Part shown: piece by piece, positions 1-9,842 of the stretch | How the letters are laid out: every line of letters begins with the position of its first letter | Position numbering within the stretch: the first letter of the stretch is position 1 | DNA from: Candidatus Latescibacterota bacterium | GTDB taxonomy: Bacteria; Latescibacterota; UBA2968; UBA8231 | Direction of reading: 5' to 3' | Assembly: GCA_965221775.1 (NCBI GenBank) | Contig: CBDCSU010000006.1 | Coordinates: forward strand, 1,024,001 to 1,088,000 | Length of the DNA: 64,000 nt | Program-made: the position numbers and the translations under genes | Notes under the pieces: model-generated | The model's database searches: none | The model's input: only the letters and a program-made list of their open reading frames with translations | Told to the model about the DNA's origin: nothing

Positions 1-255
1 GGGGACGGCCTCGATGGTGGCGGCCAGCGCCTCCCACCCGCCGGCGCCGAGAGCGGCGTAGAAGGCGAGGTTGGGCTTGAAGCAGCAGACGAGGTCCGCC
101 GTGGCCTCCACCAGGCAGCAGTTGAACTCCAGCACGCCGGAGGCGTCGCGGGCGAGGCCGGCGGGCAGGCGCTCGGGGACCGGGTCGAGCCCGACGCACA
201 ACAGGGAGTCGTTGGCGGCGACGGACCGCGACAGGCGTTCGGCGAAGGTGCTCAC
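1..255 (-). CDS. pyrF: Orotidine-5'-phosphate decarboxylase, N-terminal part (runs off the window)
   Basis: Manual translation from GTG at 255: VSTFAERLSRSVAANDSLLCVGLDP...FKPNLAFY. The LCVGLDP and FKPNxAFY motifs match subfamily-2 PyrF. GTGA overlap with the upstream stop codon. Confidence 0.9.
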   Translation of the reverse strand, partial: MSTFAERLSRSVAANDSLLCVGLDPVPERLPAGLARDASGVLEFNCCLVEATADLVCCFKPNLAFYAALGAGGWEALAATIEAVP

Positions 256-1337
256 GGAGAGATGGTCACGGAGTCCGGGAGCGTATCCGCCGGCGCCGGG
301 GCTCGCGTCTGGAGCAGGGAGTCGAGGAAGTCCCGATAGACGATCGGAGGCGCAAGGTGGTCCGCGAGACCGGCCGTATCCGTCGCCGCCTCCGCCAGGC
401 TGTCGGGGACGGGGGCCGCGCCCACCACCGGCGGCTCGGGTGGCCGCGGCGGTTTGGGTCCGACCACGAAGACCACCCGCCCCCTGGAGAGGAAGTCTCC
501 GTGGAGGTCGGCCAGCTGCAGGCGTGTCGCGTCGCCAGCGCGGATCACGGCATCGGCGCGGAAGGGGCCCGAGGCGCCGGTCACCTCCACCAGGAACGGG
601 TGGGCGGGCTCCCCTCCGACGCGCTGGCTGAGGATGGCGCGGCGCAGATCCTTCTCCCAGCCGGCCAGGCCCGAGCGTACCGCCAGAGCCCGGTCGACGT
701 GACCGGCTGCATAGATGACACGCCCGCGGTCGTCGACGATCCGCGGCGACAGGCTCGGACGCAGCTGCGTGCCCCGGGCATCGACGACGAGCCCCGTGTA
801 CGGCCCCCCCGGCAGGAGTGCGATCAGGGAGTCGCGCGCGGGAAGCTCGGTCGGCGGCAGGGAGACGAGCCGCTCGGATGCCGGTGGCAGCACGGCCCGG
901 GCGAGATCCCCGAGAAGGGGCAGGCGCACCTCCAGCCGGCAGACGCCCCGGGTCTGGCGGCGGGAGCCGGACACGACCCGCGCGTCACCCGCCAGCTGCG
1001 CCACCCGTTCGCGTACCGGCCCGCTGGCCGCCATGGCCCGGCCGACCCGGGTGCGGGCGTCGACGCGCACCTTGGCCACGGCCTCCTGGAGGCCGGCCAG
1101 GGCCGCCGTCCTGGCGGCGCGGAGTCCCGTCAGGCGCTGCCGGGCGGGGCTGCCCTCCTCTCCGGCCGACGCCTCACCGGTGACGGTGAGGGTCCCCGCG
1201 GTCCAGTCGATGCGGGCCTGGAGCCGCCCGCCGGAGGGGGCCTTGACGTAGAGGGTCTCCACCAGGGCCCACGAGGTCCCCTGCGCCGCGGCGGCACTGC
1301 ACAACAGGAGGATGATGAGGGGAAGGGAGGTCTGCAC
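252..1337 (-). CDS. Secreted protein, LPP20-like family
   Basis: Signal-like LIILLLCSAAAA, then W..G.LTVTG, RAAR..A and YTGLVVDARG...PSLSPRI motifs. Start moved to GTG at 1337 because the listed ATG lies inside rnpB. Confidence 0.6.
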   Translation of the reverse strand: MQTSLPLIILLLCSAAAAQGTSWALVETLYVKAPSGGRLQARIDWTAGTLTVTGEASAGEEGSPARQRLTGLRAARTAALAGLQEAVAKVRVDARTRVGRAMAASGPVRERVAQLAGDARVVSGSRRQTRGVCRLEVRLPLLGDLARAVLPPASERLVSLPPTELPARDSLIALLPGGPYTGLVVDARGTQLRPSLSPRIVDDRGRVIYAAGHVDRALAVRSGLAGWEKDLRRAILSQRVGGEPAHPFLVEVTGASGPFRADAVIRAGDATRLQLADLHGDFLSRGRVVFVVGPKPPRPPEPPVVGAAPVPDSLAEAATDTAGLADHLAPPIVYRDFLDSLLQTRAPAPADTLPDSVTISP

Positions 1338-1343
1338 GTGAAG

Positions 1344-1719
1344 GGCCGGAGTGGTTCTGTAAGCCGAGTTCTGTCGGAGACCGGCTGCGCCGGTCTCCGG
1401 GTGAGCATTCATCTGGGACGGCGGTTGCCCGCCGCCTCGTGCGGCCTACCCGGGAGTCGTTGCGAGGCGGGCCACCTCTCCTCCCCTATTTGGCCTTGCT
1501 CCGGATGAGGTTTGCCGTGCCGTCCCCGTCGCCGGCGACGCGGTGAGCTCTTACCTCACCTTTTCACCCTTACCCGGCGCGAGCCGGGCGGTCTGTTTTC
1601 TGTGGCACTTTCTGTGGGGTCGCCCCCCCTGGGCGTTACCCAGCATCCTGCCCTGCGGAGCTCGGACTTTCCTCAGGGCCGGCGGCGCCGGCCCCGCGTT
1701 CACCCGAACCACTCCGGCC
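1344..1719 (-). ncRNA. rnpB: RNase P RNA (type A)
   Basis: Minus strand reads GAGGAAAGTCCGAGCTCC...AGTGCCACAGAAAA...GGTAAGGGTGAAAAGGTGAGGTAAGAGCTCACC...GGCAAACCTCATCCGGAGCAAG...ACAGAACTCGGCTTAC. The ends GGCCGGAGTGGTTC/GAACCACTCCGGCC pair as helix P1. Confidence 0.97.
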
Positions 1720-1748
1720 GTTCGATGCCATGGGCGTCATGAGCCGCC

Positions 1749-2465
1749 TCAGGACGACTCCTCGTCCCAGGCGAGAAGGGCGCCGCAGTTCTCGCAGCTG
1801 ACGACCTGCTCGTGGCGGCGGACGCGGCTCTTCATCTGCGCCGGCAGCTGGCGGAAGCAGGCGCCGCAGGCGCCCTTGCGCACGGGAGCCACCGTCCGCC
1901 CGCGGTTGCTCCGGGAGATCTCGTAGGTGCGCAGCAAGTCCCGGTCGATCCCCTCCGCCTCGGCCTCACGGCGTTGCTGCACGGCGTCGACCTCGCCCTG
2001 CAGGGAATCGAGGCGGGTCTGCAGCTCGTCGATCCGGGACTGCTGTTCCTCGCGGACGGCGTCGACATCCTGCTGCTCGAGATCGACCTGCTCGCGAACG
2101 CTCTCGCTCGATTCGATGAGATCGAGGATCTGGCCCTCGTACTCCGACATCCTCGACTTGCAGGCCTCGACCTCGAGCTGGAGGGCGTCGTACTCCTTGT
2201 TGGTGCGGACCTCGGAGAAACGCGCCTCCAGCTTCTTCAACTGATCGCGGGCGTCCTCGAGCTCGTGCTCGAGGTGCCGCTGCCGGCGCTGCTGGTCCTG
2301 CAGGCGCTCGGTGAGCTCCTTGAGGTCCCGCTCGGCACGGTCGATCTCGCCGCGCCGCTCCTCGATCTCCGCGGGATACTTGCTCTTGGCCTCCTCCAGA
2401 GCCTTGAGCTCGAGGTCGACGTTCTGGACCTTGAGCAACTGCTGCAAACCTTCCTTGAGGGACAC
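1749..2465 (-). CDS. Coiled-coil C4 zinc-ribbon protein (DUF164/CT398-like)
   Basis: Long coiled coil with TNKEYDAL and C-terminal CGAC...CENC. This gene is commonly found upstream of rnpB. Confidence 0.9.
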   Translation of the reverse strand: MSLKEGLQQLLKVQNVDLELKALEEAKSKYPAEIEERRGEIDRAERDLKELTERLQDQQRRQRHLEHELEDARDQLKKLEARFSEVRTNKEYDALQLEVEACKSRMSEYEGQILDLIESSESVREQVDLEQQDVDAVREEQQSRIDELQTRLDSLQGEVDAVQQRREAEAEGIDRDLLRTYEISRSNRGRTVAPVRKGACGACFRQLPAQMKSRVRRHEQVVSCENCGALLAWDEESS

Positions 2466-2546
2466 CCGGACTCCTCTCTCTCCGTGGAGGCGAGGCTTCC
2501 GGACGGGTCGACGCAGTCCGTCCGGCCGCGAAATACCAAGCCCGAT

Positions 2547-2574
2547 ATAATAGGATAGCCGCCGGCATGGTCAA
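2547..2574 (-). promoter_or_regulatory. Candidate sigma70 promoter for the Zn-ribbon/rnpB unit
   Basis: TTGACC-N16-TATTAT on the minus strand in an AT-rich patch. Confidence 0.45.
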
Positions 2575-2652
2575 TACCGGGCCTGCGGCCGGGTCCCTCG
2601 GTTGCGGCGTGGTTGGCCGCGGCGGAAATTACCGGCCAAGGACGGAACGCCC

Positions 2653-3603
2653 ATGCTCAAGGCCGGCTTCATCGGCGCCGGCGGACGCGCCCGCGGCGCC
2701 CACTATCCCGCCCTCGCCCGCCTCGACGGCGTGGAGATCGCCGCCGTCTGCGAGCTCGACGGCGAGCGCCTGCGGCTCGTCGTCGACGAGTACGGATTCG
2801 ACCGCACCTTCAGCGACCACCGCGAGATGCTGGCCACCGTCGACCTCGACGTGGTCTACTGCGTCATGCACGAGAGGTGGGTGCTGAACCCCGCTCTCGA
2901 CTGTCTCAACGCCGGCAAGCACCTCTTCATCGAGAAACCCCCCGGCGCCAACAGCGGCGAGACCCGGCAGATGCTGGAGGCCGCCGTCGCCAACGACGTG
3001 TACTGCATGGTCGGGCTCCAGCGCCGCTACGCCGCCGTCACCCGCGAGGCCATGCGCCGCGTGGCCGCCAGGGGGCCGGTCTCGGTCGCCAACGTCACCT
3101 TCAACAAGCGGATCCTCGGCGGCGACGGCCGCGAGTTCAGCACCACCTTGTGGGACGACGTGATCCACGTCGTCGACCTGCTGCGTCACATGGCCGGCGG
3201 CGAGCCGGTGGAGGTGGCGGCGTACCGCGACCGCTTCGGCGGCGACAGCCGCAACTGCTACACCTCCATGGTCCGCTTCGACAACGGCGCCACGGGCGTC
3301 GTCTTCGGCAACCGCGCCTCCGGAGGCCGGGTGCTGCGCTCCGAGTTGCACGGCGTGGGGGTCGGCTGCTACATGAAGATTCCCTCGGAGATCGAGATCC
3401 TCGAGGATGACCGGACCACCGTCTTGGGCGGCTGGGAGGTGGACGGCGTCGACGAGGAGGACCGGCAGCGCTACGAGGGCACCCTCACCATGCACGAGCA
3501 CTTCGTCGACTGCATCGACAAGGGCGAGACGCCCCTGACCGATCTCCGCGACGTGATCCACACCGTCGATCTGGTCGACCGGATCGAAGGCCCCCTGCCC
3601 TGA
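2653..3603 (+). CDS. Gfo/Idh/MocA family oxidoreductase
   Basis: MLKAGFIGAGG Rossmann start, GKHLFIEKP and IHVVD motifs. Confidence 0.9.
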   Translation: MLKAGFIGAGGRARGAHYPALARLDGVEIAAVCELDGERLRLVVDEYGFDRTFSDHREMLATVDLDVVYCVMHERWVLNPALDCLNAGKHLFIEKPPGANSGETRQMLEAAVANDVYCMVGLQRRYAAVTREAMRRVAARGPVSVANVTFNKRILGGDGREFSTTLWDDVIHVVDLLRHMAGGEPVEVAAYRDRFGGDSRNCYTSMVRFDNGATGVVFGNRASGGRVLRSELHGVGVGCYMKIPSEIEILEDDRTTVLGGWEVDGVDEEDRQRYEGTLTMHEHFVDCIDKGETPLTDLRDVIHTVDLVDRIEGPLP

Positions 3604-3644
3604 CCGAAGCCCGGACACCGCGCCGCCGGAGCCTGTGGCTGGTC

Positions 3645-4940
3645 GTGCTCCTGGCCGCGGTCCTGCGCCTCGCCGCGGCCATTCCCGGCATGGCCGCGCC
3701 GGAGACCGCCTTCTTCCGGCCCGACACGCCCTCGTACGTGCAGCCGGCGCTGGCCCTGCTCGAAGAGGGCCGTTACGTCGGAGCCCCGGGAGAAACCGAG
3801 CCGTACACCCTGCGAGGCCCCGGGTACCCGGCCTTCCTGGCCCTCGTCTTCGGCGTCCTCGGCCAGGGCCTTCACCTTCCGGTGCTCCTCTTCTGCGTCC
3901 TCGGGGCCCTCACCTGCATTCCCGTGTACCGCGTGGGCTGCTGGTTCGGCGGCCCCGCGGTGGGAACCGTTGCCGCCCTGCTGCTGGCCCTCAACCTCAC
4001 CAGCATCGCCCATGCTCCGCTCTATCTCTCCGACACCCTGTTCGCGCTGATCACCGCGTGGATGCTCTACTTCTTCGCCCGCTTCTACTACCGCCGGAGG
4101 CTGCCGGATCTATGGCTGGCCGTGTTCCTCGACGCCGCCGGTACCTTGATCCGCCCCACGGGACTGCTGTGGATCGTGCCCTGCCTCTTCCTGGTCCTCG
4201 TCTTCCGGGGTCTCCCCGTGCGCCACCGGCTGATGGGGGCCGCGGGCTGTCTGCTGATCTTCGCCGCGGTCCTGACCCCGTGGATGTACCGCAACTCGCT
4301 GGCCGGCGGCGGCTTCCGCCTCGACACCAACGTCGGCAACACCCTCTACTATCACAATTGCGCCGCCCTCGTGTCGGTGGTGACCGGGGTCCCCCGCCTC
4401 ACCCTGCGCGACCGCTGGACAGGCGAGGCCGAGGCCGAGTTCGCCGCCCATCCCGGCCGCTACCCGGACGAGGACGCCCGCACCGGCTACAAGCTCGCCA
4501 GGGCCCGTGAGCTGATCGGCGCCCACAAGTGGACCTATCTGCGCCTGCACTTCAACCCCTCGATCCTGCTGCCTGACGCGCCGACCTTCTTCGAGCTCCT
4601 CGGACTGACGCAGGCGGGGCGGGGCACCCTCGACGTGCTGCACCGCCAGGGTGTACTCGCCGCCGTGCGCCACTACTTCGGCGACCGCGCCTGGCTGCTG
4701 CTGCCCCTGCTGCCGGCCCTCGCCGTCGTCGGGGCGACCTACCTCGGATGCCTGGTCCAGCTCGGCCGGTGGATGCACCGCCGGGAGTGGTTCCTCGGCT
4801 GCGTCTTTCTCGCCTTCGTGGCCTACTACCTGGTCCTGCCCGGACCCGTGGTCATGCCCAGGTACCACCTGCCCGCGCTCCCCCTGATGTGCGTCATGGC
4901 AGGGGCGGTGTGGGCATCGTGGATGCGGCGGCCGGGATGA
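3645..4940 (+). CDS. GT-C fold membrane glycosyltransferase (ArnT/PMT/GT39-like)
   Basis: Many transmembrane segments, with D..SY, R.PGYP.FL, LSDTLF, PW..RN and RYHLP motifs. Start position uncertain. Confidence 0.75.
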   Translation: MLLAAVLRLAAAIPGMAAPETAFFRPDTPSYVQPALALLEEGRYVGAPGETEPYTLRGPGYPAFLALVFGVLGQGLHLPVLLFCVLGALTCIPVYRVGCWFGGPAVGTVAALLLALNLTSIAHAPLYLSDTLFALITAWMLYFFARFYYRRRLPDLWLAVFLDAAGTLIRPTGLLWIVPCLFLVLVFRGLPVRHRLMGAAGCLLIFAAVLTPWMYRNSLAGGGFRLDTNVGNTLYYHNCAALVSVVTGVPRLTLRDRWTGEAEAEFAAHPGRYPDEDARTGYKLARARELIGAHKWTYLRLHFNPSILLPDAPTFFELLGLTQAGRGTLDVLHRQGVLAAVRHYFGDRAWLLLPLLPALAVVGATYLGCLVQLGRWMHRREWFLGCVFLAFVAYYLVLPGPVVMPRYHLPALPLMCVMAGAVWASWMRRPG

Positions 4941-5755
4941 ACCGCGACCACCGCCTGCGGCTGCTCGCCTGTCTCACCGTCGCCTTCTGGACCGCCGTCT
5001 TCCTGCAGGCGCCGATCCCGCAGGATCCGGCCTATCACGAGTTCGCCGATCAGCGCCCGCTGCTCGGCATCCCGCACTGCCTCGACGTGATCTCCAACCT
5101 GCCCTTCCTCCTCGTGGGTCTGTGGGGATCGCGCCTCCTCTTCCGCCTCGCCGCGACCCCGGGGCAGCAGGCCTTCCTGCGCCCGGCGGACGCGCTGGCC
5201 TACCAGGTCCTCTTCCTCGCGGTGGCGCTGGTCGGTCTCGGCTCCGCGTGGTATCACCTGGACCCCGGCAACGGGAGACTGGTGTGGGACCGCCTGCCCA
5301 TGAGCGTCGCCTTCATGGCCTTCCTCGCCGCGGCTCTCGCCGAGCGCGTGGACCGGCGCGCCGGCCTCCTGGCGCTGCCGCCGCTGGTCGCCTTCGGCCT
5401 CTTCAGCGTGCTCTACTGGCACTTCACGGAGCAGGCGGGAGCCGGAGACCTCCGCTACTACATCGTCGCCCAGGCCTACCCGGTGGTCTTCGTGCCCCTC
5501 ATGGTGCGGCTGCTGCCGTCGCCCTACACGCGCGGCTCCGATCTCTACGTGGCCGCCCTCCTCTACCTGCTGGCGAAGGCCGCAGAGGTCTTCGATCAGG
5601 AGATCTACGGGGCCGGGGGATGGATCAGCGGCCACACGTGGAAGCACCTGCTGGCCGCTCTCGGGGCCTGGTGGGTGCTGCGCATGCTCCGGCGCCGCCG
5701 GCTCGTCGAGGAGCCGCAGGGCCGGGCCGGGGATCGACGCGGGAGGGTGGACTAG
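4937..5755 (+). CDS. Alkaline phytoceramidase-like (CREST superfamily) membrane protein
   Basis: IPQDPAYHEFAD, SNLPF, GSAWYH, WDRLPM and SGHTWKHL motifs. ATGA overlap with the upstream gene. Confidence 0.8.
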   Translation: MNRDHRLRLLACLTVAFWTAVFLQAPIPQDPAYHEFADQRPLLGIPHCLDVISNLPFLLVGLWGSRLLFRLAATPGQQAFLRPADALAYQVLFLAVALVGLGSAWYHLDPGNGRLVWDRLPMSVAFMAFLAAALAERVDRRAGLLALPPLVAFGLFSVLYWHFTEQAGAGDLRYYIVAQAYPVVFVPLMVRLLPSPYTRGSDLYVAALLYLLAKAAEVFDQEIYGAGGWISGHTWKHLLAALGAWWVLRMLRRRRLVEEPQGRAGDRRGRVD

Positions 5756-6687
5756 TTGACTGCGGACCCGGGCGGACGGCCCTGGCGCAGGGCGGAGGCG
5801 CGGCGCCTGAGGCGGGCGGCTTCGTCGGCCTGGCCGGCATCCAGGATCGCCGCCAGGTCCTCCATGACCAGTGCCAGCGCAAGGGGTGGCCCGCCGGCTC
5901 CCTGGTACGAGGCGACGGCGCGCTGGTACTGGGTGACGGCCTCGTCCCGCCGGCCCTGGTACTCGTAGAGCCGGCCCAGGGCATGGTGGGCGAGAGCCAC
6001 GTCCTCGTGATCGGGGCCGTACAGGCTCTCGAAACGGCCGCGGGACTCGCCGTAGTACTGCTCCGCCTTCCCCAGGTCGTCGCCGATGGCGTTCTCGAAG
6101 CCGAAGGCGTAGAGCTGCAGGGCGAGGGCGCGTTCGGCGAGGGAGTCCGCCCGCGCGGTGTCGCCGCGCAACCGCAGGACCCTGCTGAGTCCGTGCAGGG
6201 TATAGGACATCGTCCGGTCCTCGGGGAGCAGGTCGACGAGACCGGCCTCCCCCAGCTGCAGTATCTCGGACCAGTGGGTCTCGGCCCGGTCCACGCGGCC
6301 GAGGCGCAGACTGATCTCGGCGAGGGAGCCGAGGGTGCGCGCCAGGACCAGACCCGAGAGACTGTCCGCCGCCATCCGCTCCCGCTGCAGGGCCAGGACC
6401 TCGACGTAGAGGCTCTCCGCCTGGGCCAGGTCGCCCCTCATGGCGCGGCCCATGGCCAACCCGCTGAGGGCCGCCAGCCGGCCCTCGCGGGACCCCGCGG
6501 CGGCGGCTTCTTCCAACGCGGCGCCGAAGTGGGTCACGGCGCGGTCGTAGAGCTTGTCGTGGAGTGCCTTCTGGCCGCCGCGGACCCGCACCTGCCAGGG
6601 CTCCAGCTCCGGCTCGCCGCAGCCGGCGAGGACCCCCGTGAGCAGGCAGGCGGTGATGGCCAGAGGGAGAAACGAGGTGTCGCGCAT
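5752..6687 (-). CDS. Tetratricopeptide-repeat lipoprotein
   Basis: Lipobox LAGC and TPR-like helices (GPDHEDVALAHHALGRLYEYQGR). Confidence 0.8.
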   Translation of the reverse strand: MRDTSFLPLAITACLLTGVLAGCGEPELEPWQVRVRGGQKALHDKLYDRAVTHFGAALEEAAAAGSREGRLAALSGLAMGRAMRGDLAQAESLYVEVLALQRERMAADSLSGLVLARTLGSLAEISLRLGRVDRAETHWSEILQLGEAGLVDLLPEDRTMSYTLHGLSRVLRLRGDTARADSLAERALALQLYAFGFENAIGDDLGKAEQYYGESRGRFESLYGPDHEDVALAHHALGRLYEYQGRRDEAVTQYQRAVASYQGAGGPPLALALVMEDLAAILDAGQADEAARLRRRASALRQGRPPGSAVN

Positions 6688-6807
6688 GGAGTTTGAACCA
6701 AAGGGCGGGTCCCGAAACCGTCAACCAGTTTGCGCCGGGACCCGCGCCTTCGCCTAGGTACGGGTTTCCCGGGCCCATCCCCCTTCCCAGGAGAGCGGAA
6801 CCCCGAG

Positions 6808-7431
6808 GTGAACGCCGTCGGCAACGATCTGGTCTACCTGGCCGACCCGGAGATCGCCGGGCACCACCTCCGGGCCCGCTTCGTCGCGCGCGTGTGCGCT
6901 CCCGGGGAGCGCGACCGCCTGTCCGGCAGCGGCGAGCCACTCGTGCTGCTGTGGTCGCTGTGGGCCGCCAAGGAGGCCGCCTACAAGGCGGCGGGCAAAA
7001 CGCGCCCGGGCCTGGTCTTCGCGCCGCGCCTCTACGAGGTGGACGCCGCCATGGGCCGGGTACGCTACCGGGACCTGGAGATGCGGGTGCGGCTCTCGAG
7101 GGACCCGCTGTGGGTCCACGCGGTGGCGGTCTGCGGCGAGGGAGATCCCGGTCGGGCGGTGGCCGGTGTCGAGCCCATCCGCGGCGGCCGTCACCAGAGC
7201 CAGGCCGTGCGCGACCTCGCCCGGCGCGGGGTGGCCGCCCACTTCGGCCTGCAGGAGACGCGCCTGGCCATCGAGAGGCGCCGCGACCCCGGGGCCCGGG
7301 ACGGACTGGCGCCGCCCCGGCTGCTGCTCGACGGGCGCCCGGCCGGCATCGATATCAGCCTCTCCCACGACGGACCCTTCGCGGCCTTCGCCGCCCTGCC
7401 TCAGGGAGCCCCCCCGGCTTCGAGCCGCTGA
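6808..7431 (+). CDS. 4'-phosphopantetheinyl transferase
   Basis: VGNDLV, WAAKEAAYK and ISLSHDG motifs. GTG start preceded by AGGAGAG. Confidence 0.88.
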   Translation: MNAVGNDLVYLADPEIAGHHLRARFVARVCAPGERDRLSGSGEPLVLLWSLWAAKEAAYKAAGKTRPGLVFAPRLYEVDAAMGRVRYRDLEMRVRLSRDPLWVHAVAVCGEGDPGRAVAGVEPIRGGRHQSQAVRDLARRGVAAHFGLQETRLAIERRRDPGARDGLAPPRLLLDGRPAGIDISLSHDGPFAAFAALPQGAPPASSR

Positions 7432-8234
7432 CGCAGCTCGCGCTCCTCCTCGGCCAGGTTCGCCACCTCCGCCAGCACCCGCCGCCCGGCCTTGACCTGG
7501 TTGCGCAGCAGCCGCGGGTCCTCCCCGTCGAAGGGCGACAGGTCGACGGGGGCGCCGAAAGCGACGATGACCGGGGGGCCGGAGCCGGTGTAGTTGTAGA
7601 CCGCCTCGCGGGCCAGGTTGTCGCTGATCCCGTTGATGAAGACGGGGATCACGATAGCCCTCGACTGCAGCAGGACGCGTCCGAACCCGGGCTCGGCGGG
7701 CAGCAGCTCGTAGGGGTCGGGTCCCCTGCCGCGCGTGCCCTCCGGGTGGATGCCGACGAAGGTCTCCGGCGACCGCAGTTGCTCGATCAGGTAGTCGAGG
7801 CAGGCGCGGGTGACGCCGCGCTTGGCCCGCGGCCGGAAGATCGGCGGGTACATGTTGCAGGAGCTGGCCAGGAAGTTGACGAGGATACCCAGGGGGTTGT
7901 CGTAGAAGAAGTTGGAGCGGACGGGGAAGAACCAGCGCCGCCAGAAGCCGACGTGCTCCACGAGGTGGGCGAGGATGAAGAACTGATCGAGAAAGGTGCG
8001 ATGGTTGGCCGCCATGATCACGCCGCGGTCCGGCTGCAGGGAGGCAACCCTCTCGAGCCCGATCAGGTGGGTCCGGCGGCTCGTGCCCAGCAGCACGAAC
8101 CGCCGCTGCAGGCGCAGGTTGAGCCAGTAGAAGGCGCGTTGCACCGCCGGCGTCTCGTTCATCCACCCCGCGAAGGCGAGGCCGAGACGCTCGACGTGGC
8201 TCAGGCTGGCCCGTTCATCGGCGGATATGCGCAC
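7401..8234 (-). CDS. Lysophospholipid/glycerol acyltransferase (PlsC superfamily)
   Basis: NHRTFLD (HX4D) and HPEGTR motifs. Confidence 0.88.
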   Translation of the reverse strand: MRISADERASLSHVERLGLAFAGWMNETPAVQRAFYWLNLRLQRRFVLLGTSRRTHLIGLERVASLQPDRGVIMAANHRTFLDQFFILAHLVEHVGFWRRWFFPVRSNFFYDNPLGILVNFLASSCNMYPPIFRPRAKRGVTRACLDYLIEQLRSPETFVGIHPEGTRGRGPDPYELLPAEPGFGRVLLQSRAIVIPVFINGISDNLAREAVYNYTGSGPPVIVAFGAPVDLSPFDGEDPRLLRNQVKAGRRVLAEVANLAEEERELRQRLEAGGAP

Positions 8235-8270
8235 GAGGCCGGCCTGGTGGCGGAGGGGGTCCTGCGGGGA

Positions 8271-8519
8271 TCAGCCCGAGGTGGCCACGATCAGGTTCAC
8301 CGCGTCGCCCACGGTGGCCACCTGATCGGCGTCGTCGTCGGAGACCTCGATGCCGAAAGCGTCCTCGATCTCCAGCACGATGTCGACGAGCCGGGCGGAG
8401 TTGACCTCCAGGTCGGCCTGCAGCGAGGTCTCCATGGAGACCCCCGACAGGGCTTCCTCGTTCTTGGCGAAAGGCTTGAGGATGGCGACGATCTTGTCGA
8501 AGACTTCCTGCGTGTTCAT
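8271..8519 (-). CDS. Acyl carrier protein
   Basis: 82-aa acidic protein with DLEVNSARLVDIVLEIEDAFGI. The phosphopantetheine Ser sits in an NS rather than DS context. Confidence 0.92.
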   Translation of the reverse strand: MNTQEVFDKIVAILKPFAKNEEALSGVSMETSLQADLEVNSARLVDIVLEIEDAFGIEVSDDDADQVATVGDAVNLIVATSG

Positions 8520-8558
8520 CGTGTCGTTCCTTGCGTTGCGGTGAAGTGGTTTTTCTGG

Positions 8559-9842
8559 TCAGTCGAACTTCCGGAAGATGACGCAGCCGTTGACGTCTCC
8601 GAAGCCGAAGCTGGCCTTGGCGATGACCGCGAGATCGGGCGCCTCCACGGTCTCGTGGGGAATGCGGTCGGCGTAGGCCTCCAGTTCGGGGTGCAGATCC
8701 TCGCAATTCAGCGACCCGTGGACAAATCCCTCGTGCAGCTCGAGGACGGCGGCGACGCACTCGAGGCCGCCGGCGGCGCCGAGGCCGTGGCCGATGAGGG
8801 ACTTGGTGCTCTGGATCCAGGGCATGTCACCAGGCTCGCGGCCGAGGGCCCGGGACCAGTTGTGGACCTCGTGGGGGTCGGCGAAGGTGGCGGTGAGGTG
8901 GCCGTTGATGGCGTCGACCTCCTGGCCGCGAATGCCGGCCATGTCGAGGGCCGCCCCCAGGCAGCGCTGCACGCTCACCGGGTTCGGCGCCGTCATGCTG
9001 CCCCCCTGGCGATGGCCGCCGCAGTTGAGGGCGCAGCCGATGACCTCGGCGTAGATGCGGGCGCCGCGCTCGCGGGCGCTGTCCAGCTCCTCGAGCATGA
9101 GCACGCCGGCGCCCGACCCGGGCACGAACCCGGCGGCGCTGGCGCTCATCGGGCGGGAGGCGGCCTCGGGCTCGTCGTTCTTCGTGCGATTGAGGACGCG
9201 CATGGCGTCGAAGCCGGCCCAGATGTAGTGGGAGTGGCCCTCGGAGCCGCCGGCCAGCATGCGCCGCGCGAGTCCGTCGCGGATGCGGTGATAGCCCTGG
9301 ATGACCGCCTCGGTGCCGGTGTTGCAGGCGCTGGAGTTGGTGCTCACCTGGTTGCCCAGGCCGAGCTTGCCGGCGATGCGGGCGCTGTTGCCGCTCGACA
9401 TGATCTGCTCGACCATGGTGCTGCCGAGGCGCTTCACCCGGCCCGCTTGGGTGCGCGGCGCCAGGGTCTCGGCGATCGTGTCGATGCCGCCGATGCCGGT
9501 GCCGATGATGCCTCCCGTGTCCCAGTCGGGCTCGCCGCCGTCGGGCTCGGGCAGGTCCAGTCCGGCGTCGGTCCAGGCGTCGATGGTGGCGATGGCGGCG
9601 TAGACCATGTTGGCGTTCATGGCGAACAGCTCTTCGCCGGTGAGGTAGCGGCCCTGGATCTCCTCCACGTTGGCGGGCACGCCGCCCACCTGGCAGGCGA
9701 AGTTCAGGTCGGCGAGCTGCTGGTGAAAGGCGATGCCGCTCACGCCGTCGCGCAGGGCCCGGCCGAACTCCTCCAGGCCGTGTCCGTTGGGGGCCAGCAC
9801 CCCCATGCCGGTGACGACGACGCGCGGTTCAGAATTGCTCAC
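8559..9842 (-). CDS. fabF: Beta-ketoacyl-ACP synthase (FabF/FabB family)
   Basis: RVVVTGMG start and Cys-His-His triad (SSACNTG, INGHLTAT, KSLIGHGLGAAG). Confidence 0.88.
   Translation of the reverse strand: MSNSEPRVVVTGMGVLAPNGHGLEEFGRALRDGVSGIAFHQQLADLNFACQVGGVPANVEEIQGRYLTGEELFAMNANMVYAAIATIDAWTDAGLDLPEPDGGEPDWDTGGIIGTGIGGIDTIAETLAPRTQAGRVKRLGSTMVEQIMSSGNSARIAGKLGLGNQVSTNSSACNTGTEAVIQGYHRIRDGLARRMLAGGSEGHSHYIWAGFDAMRVLNRTKNDEPEAASRPMSASAAGFVPGSGAGVLMLEELDSARERGARIYAEVIGCALNCGGHRQGGSMTAPNPVSVQRCLGAALDMAGIRGQEVDAINGHLTATFADPHEVHNWSRALGREPGDMPWIQSTKSLIGHGLGAAGGLECVAAVLELHEGFVHGSLNCEDLHPELEAYADRIPHETVEAPDLAVIAKASFGFGDVNGCVIFRKFD

Noticed and set aside
1512-1926. Short ORFs over the 1.3-1.9 kb region
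   Set aside because: They overlap the RNase P RNA gene or the Zn-ribbon gene on the opposite strand.
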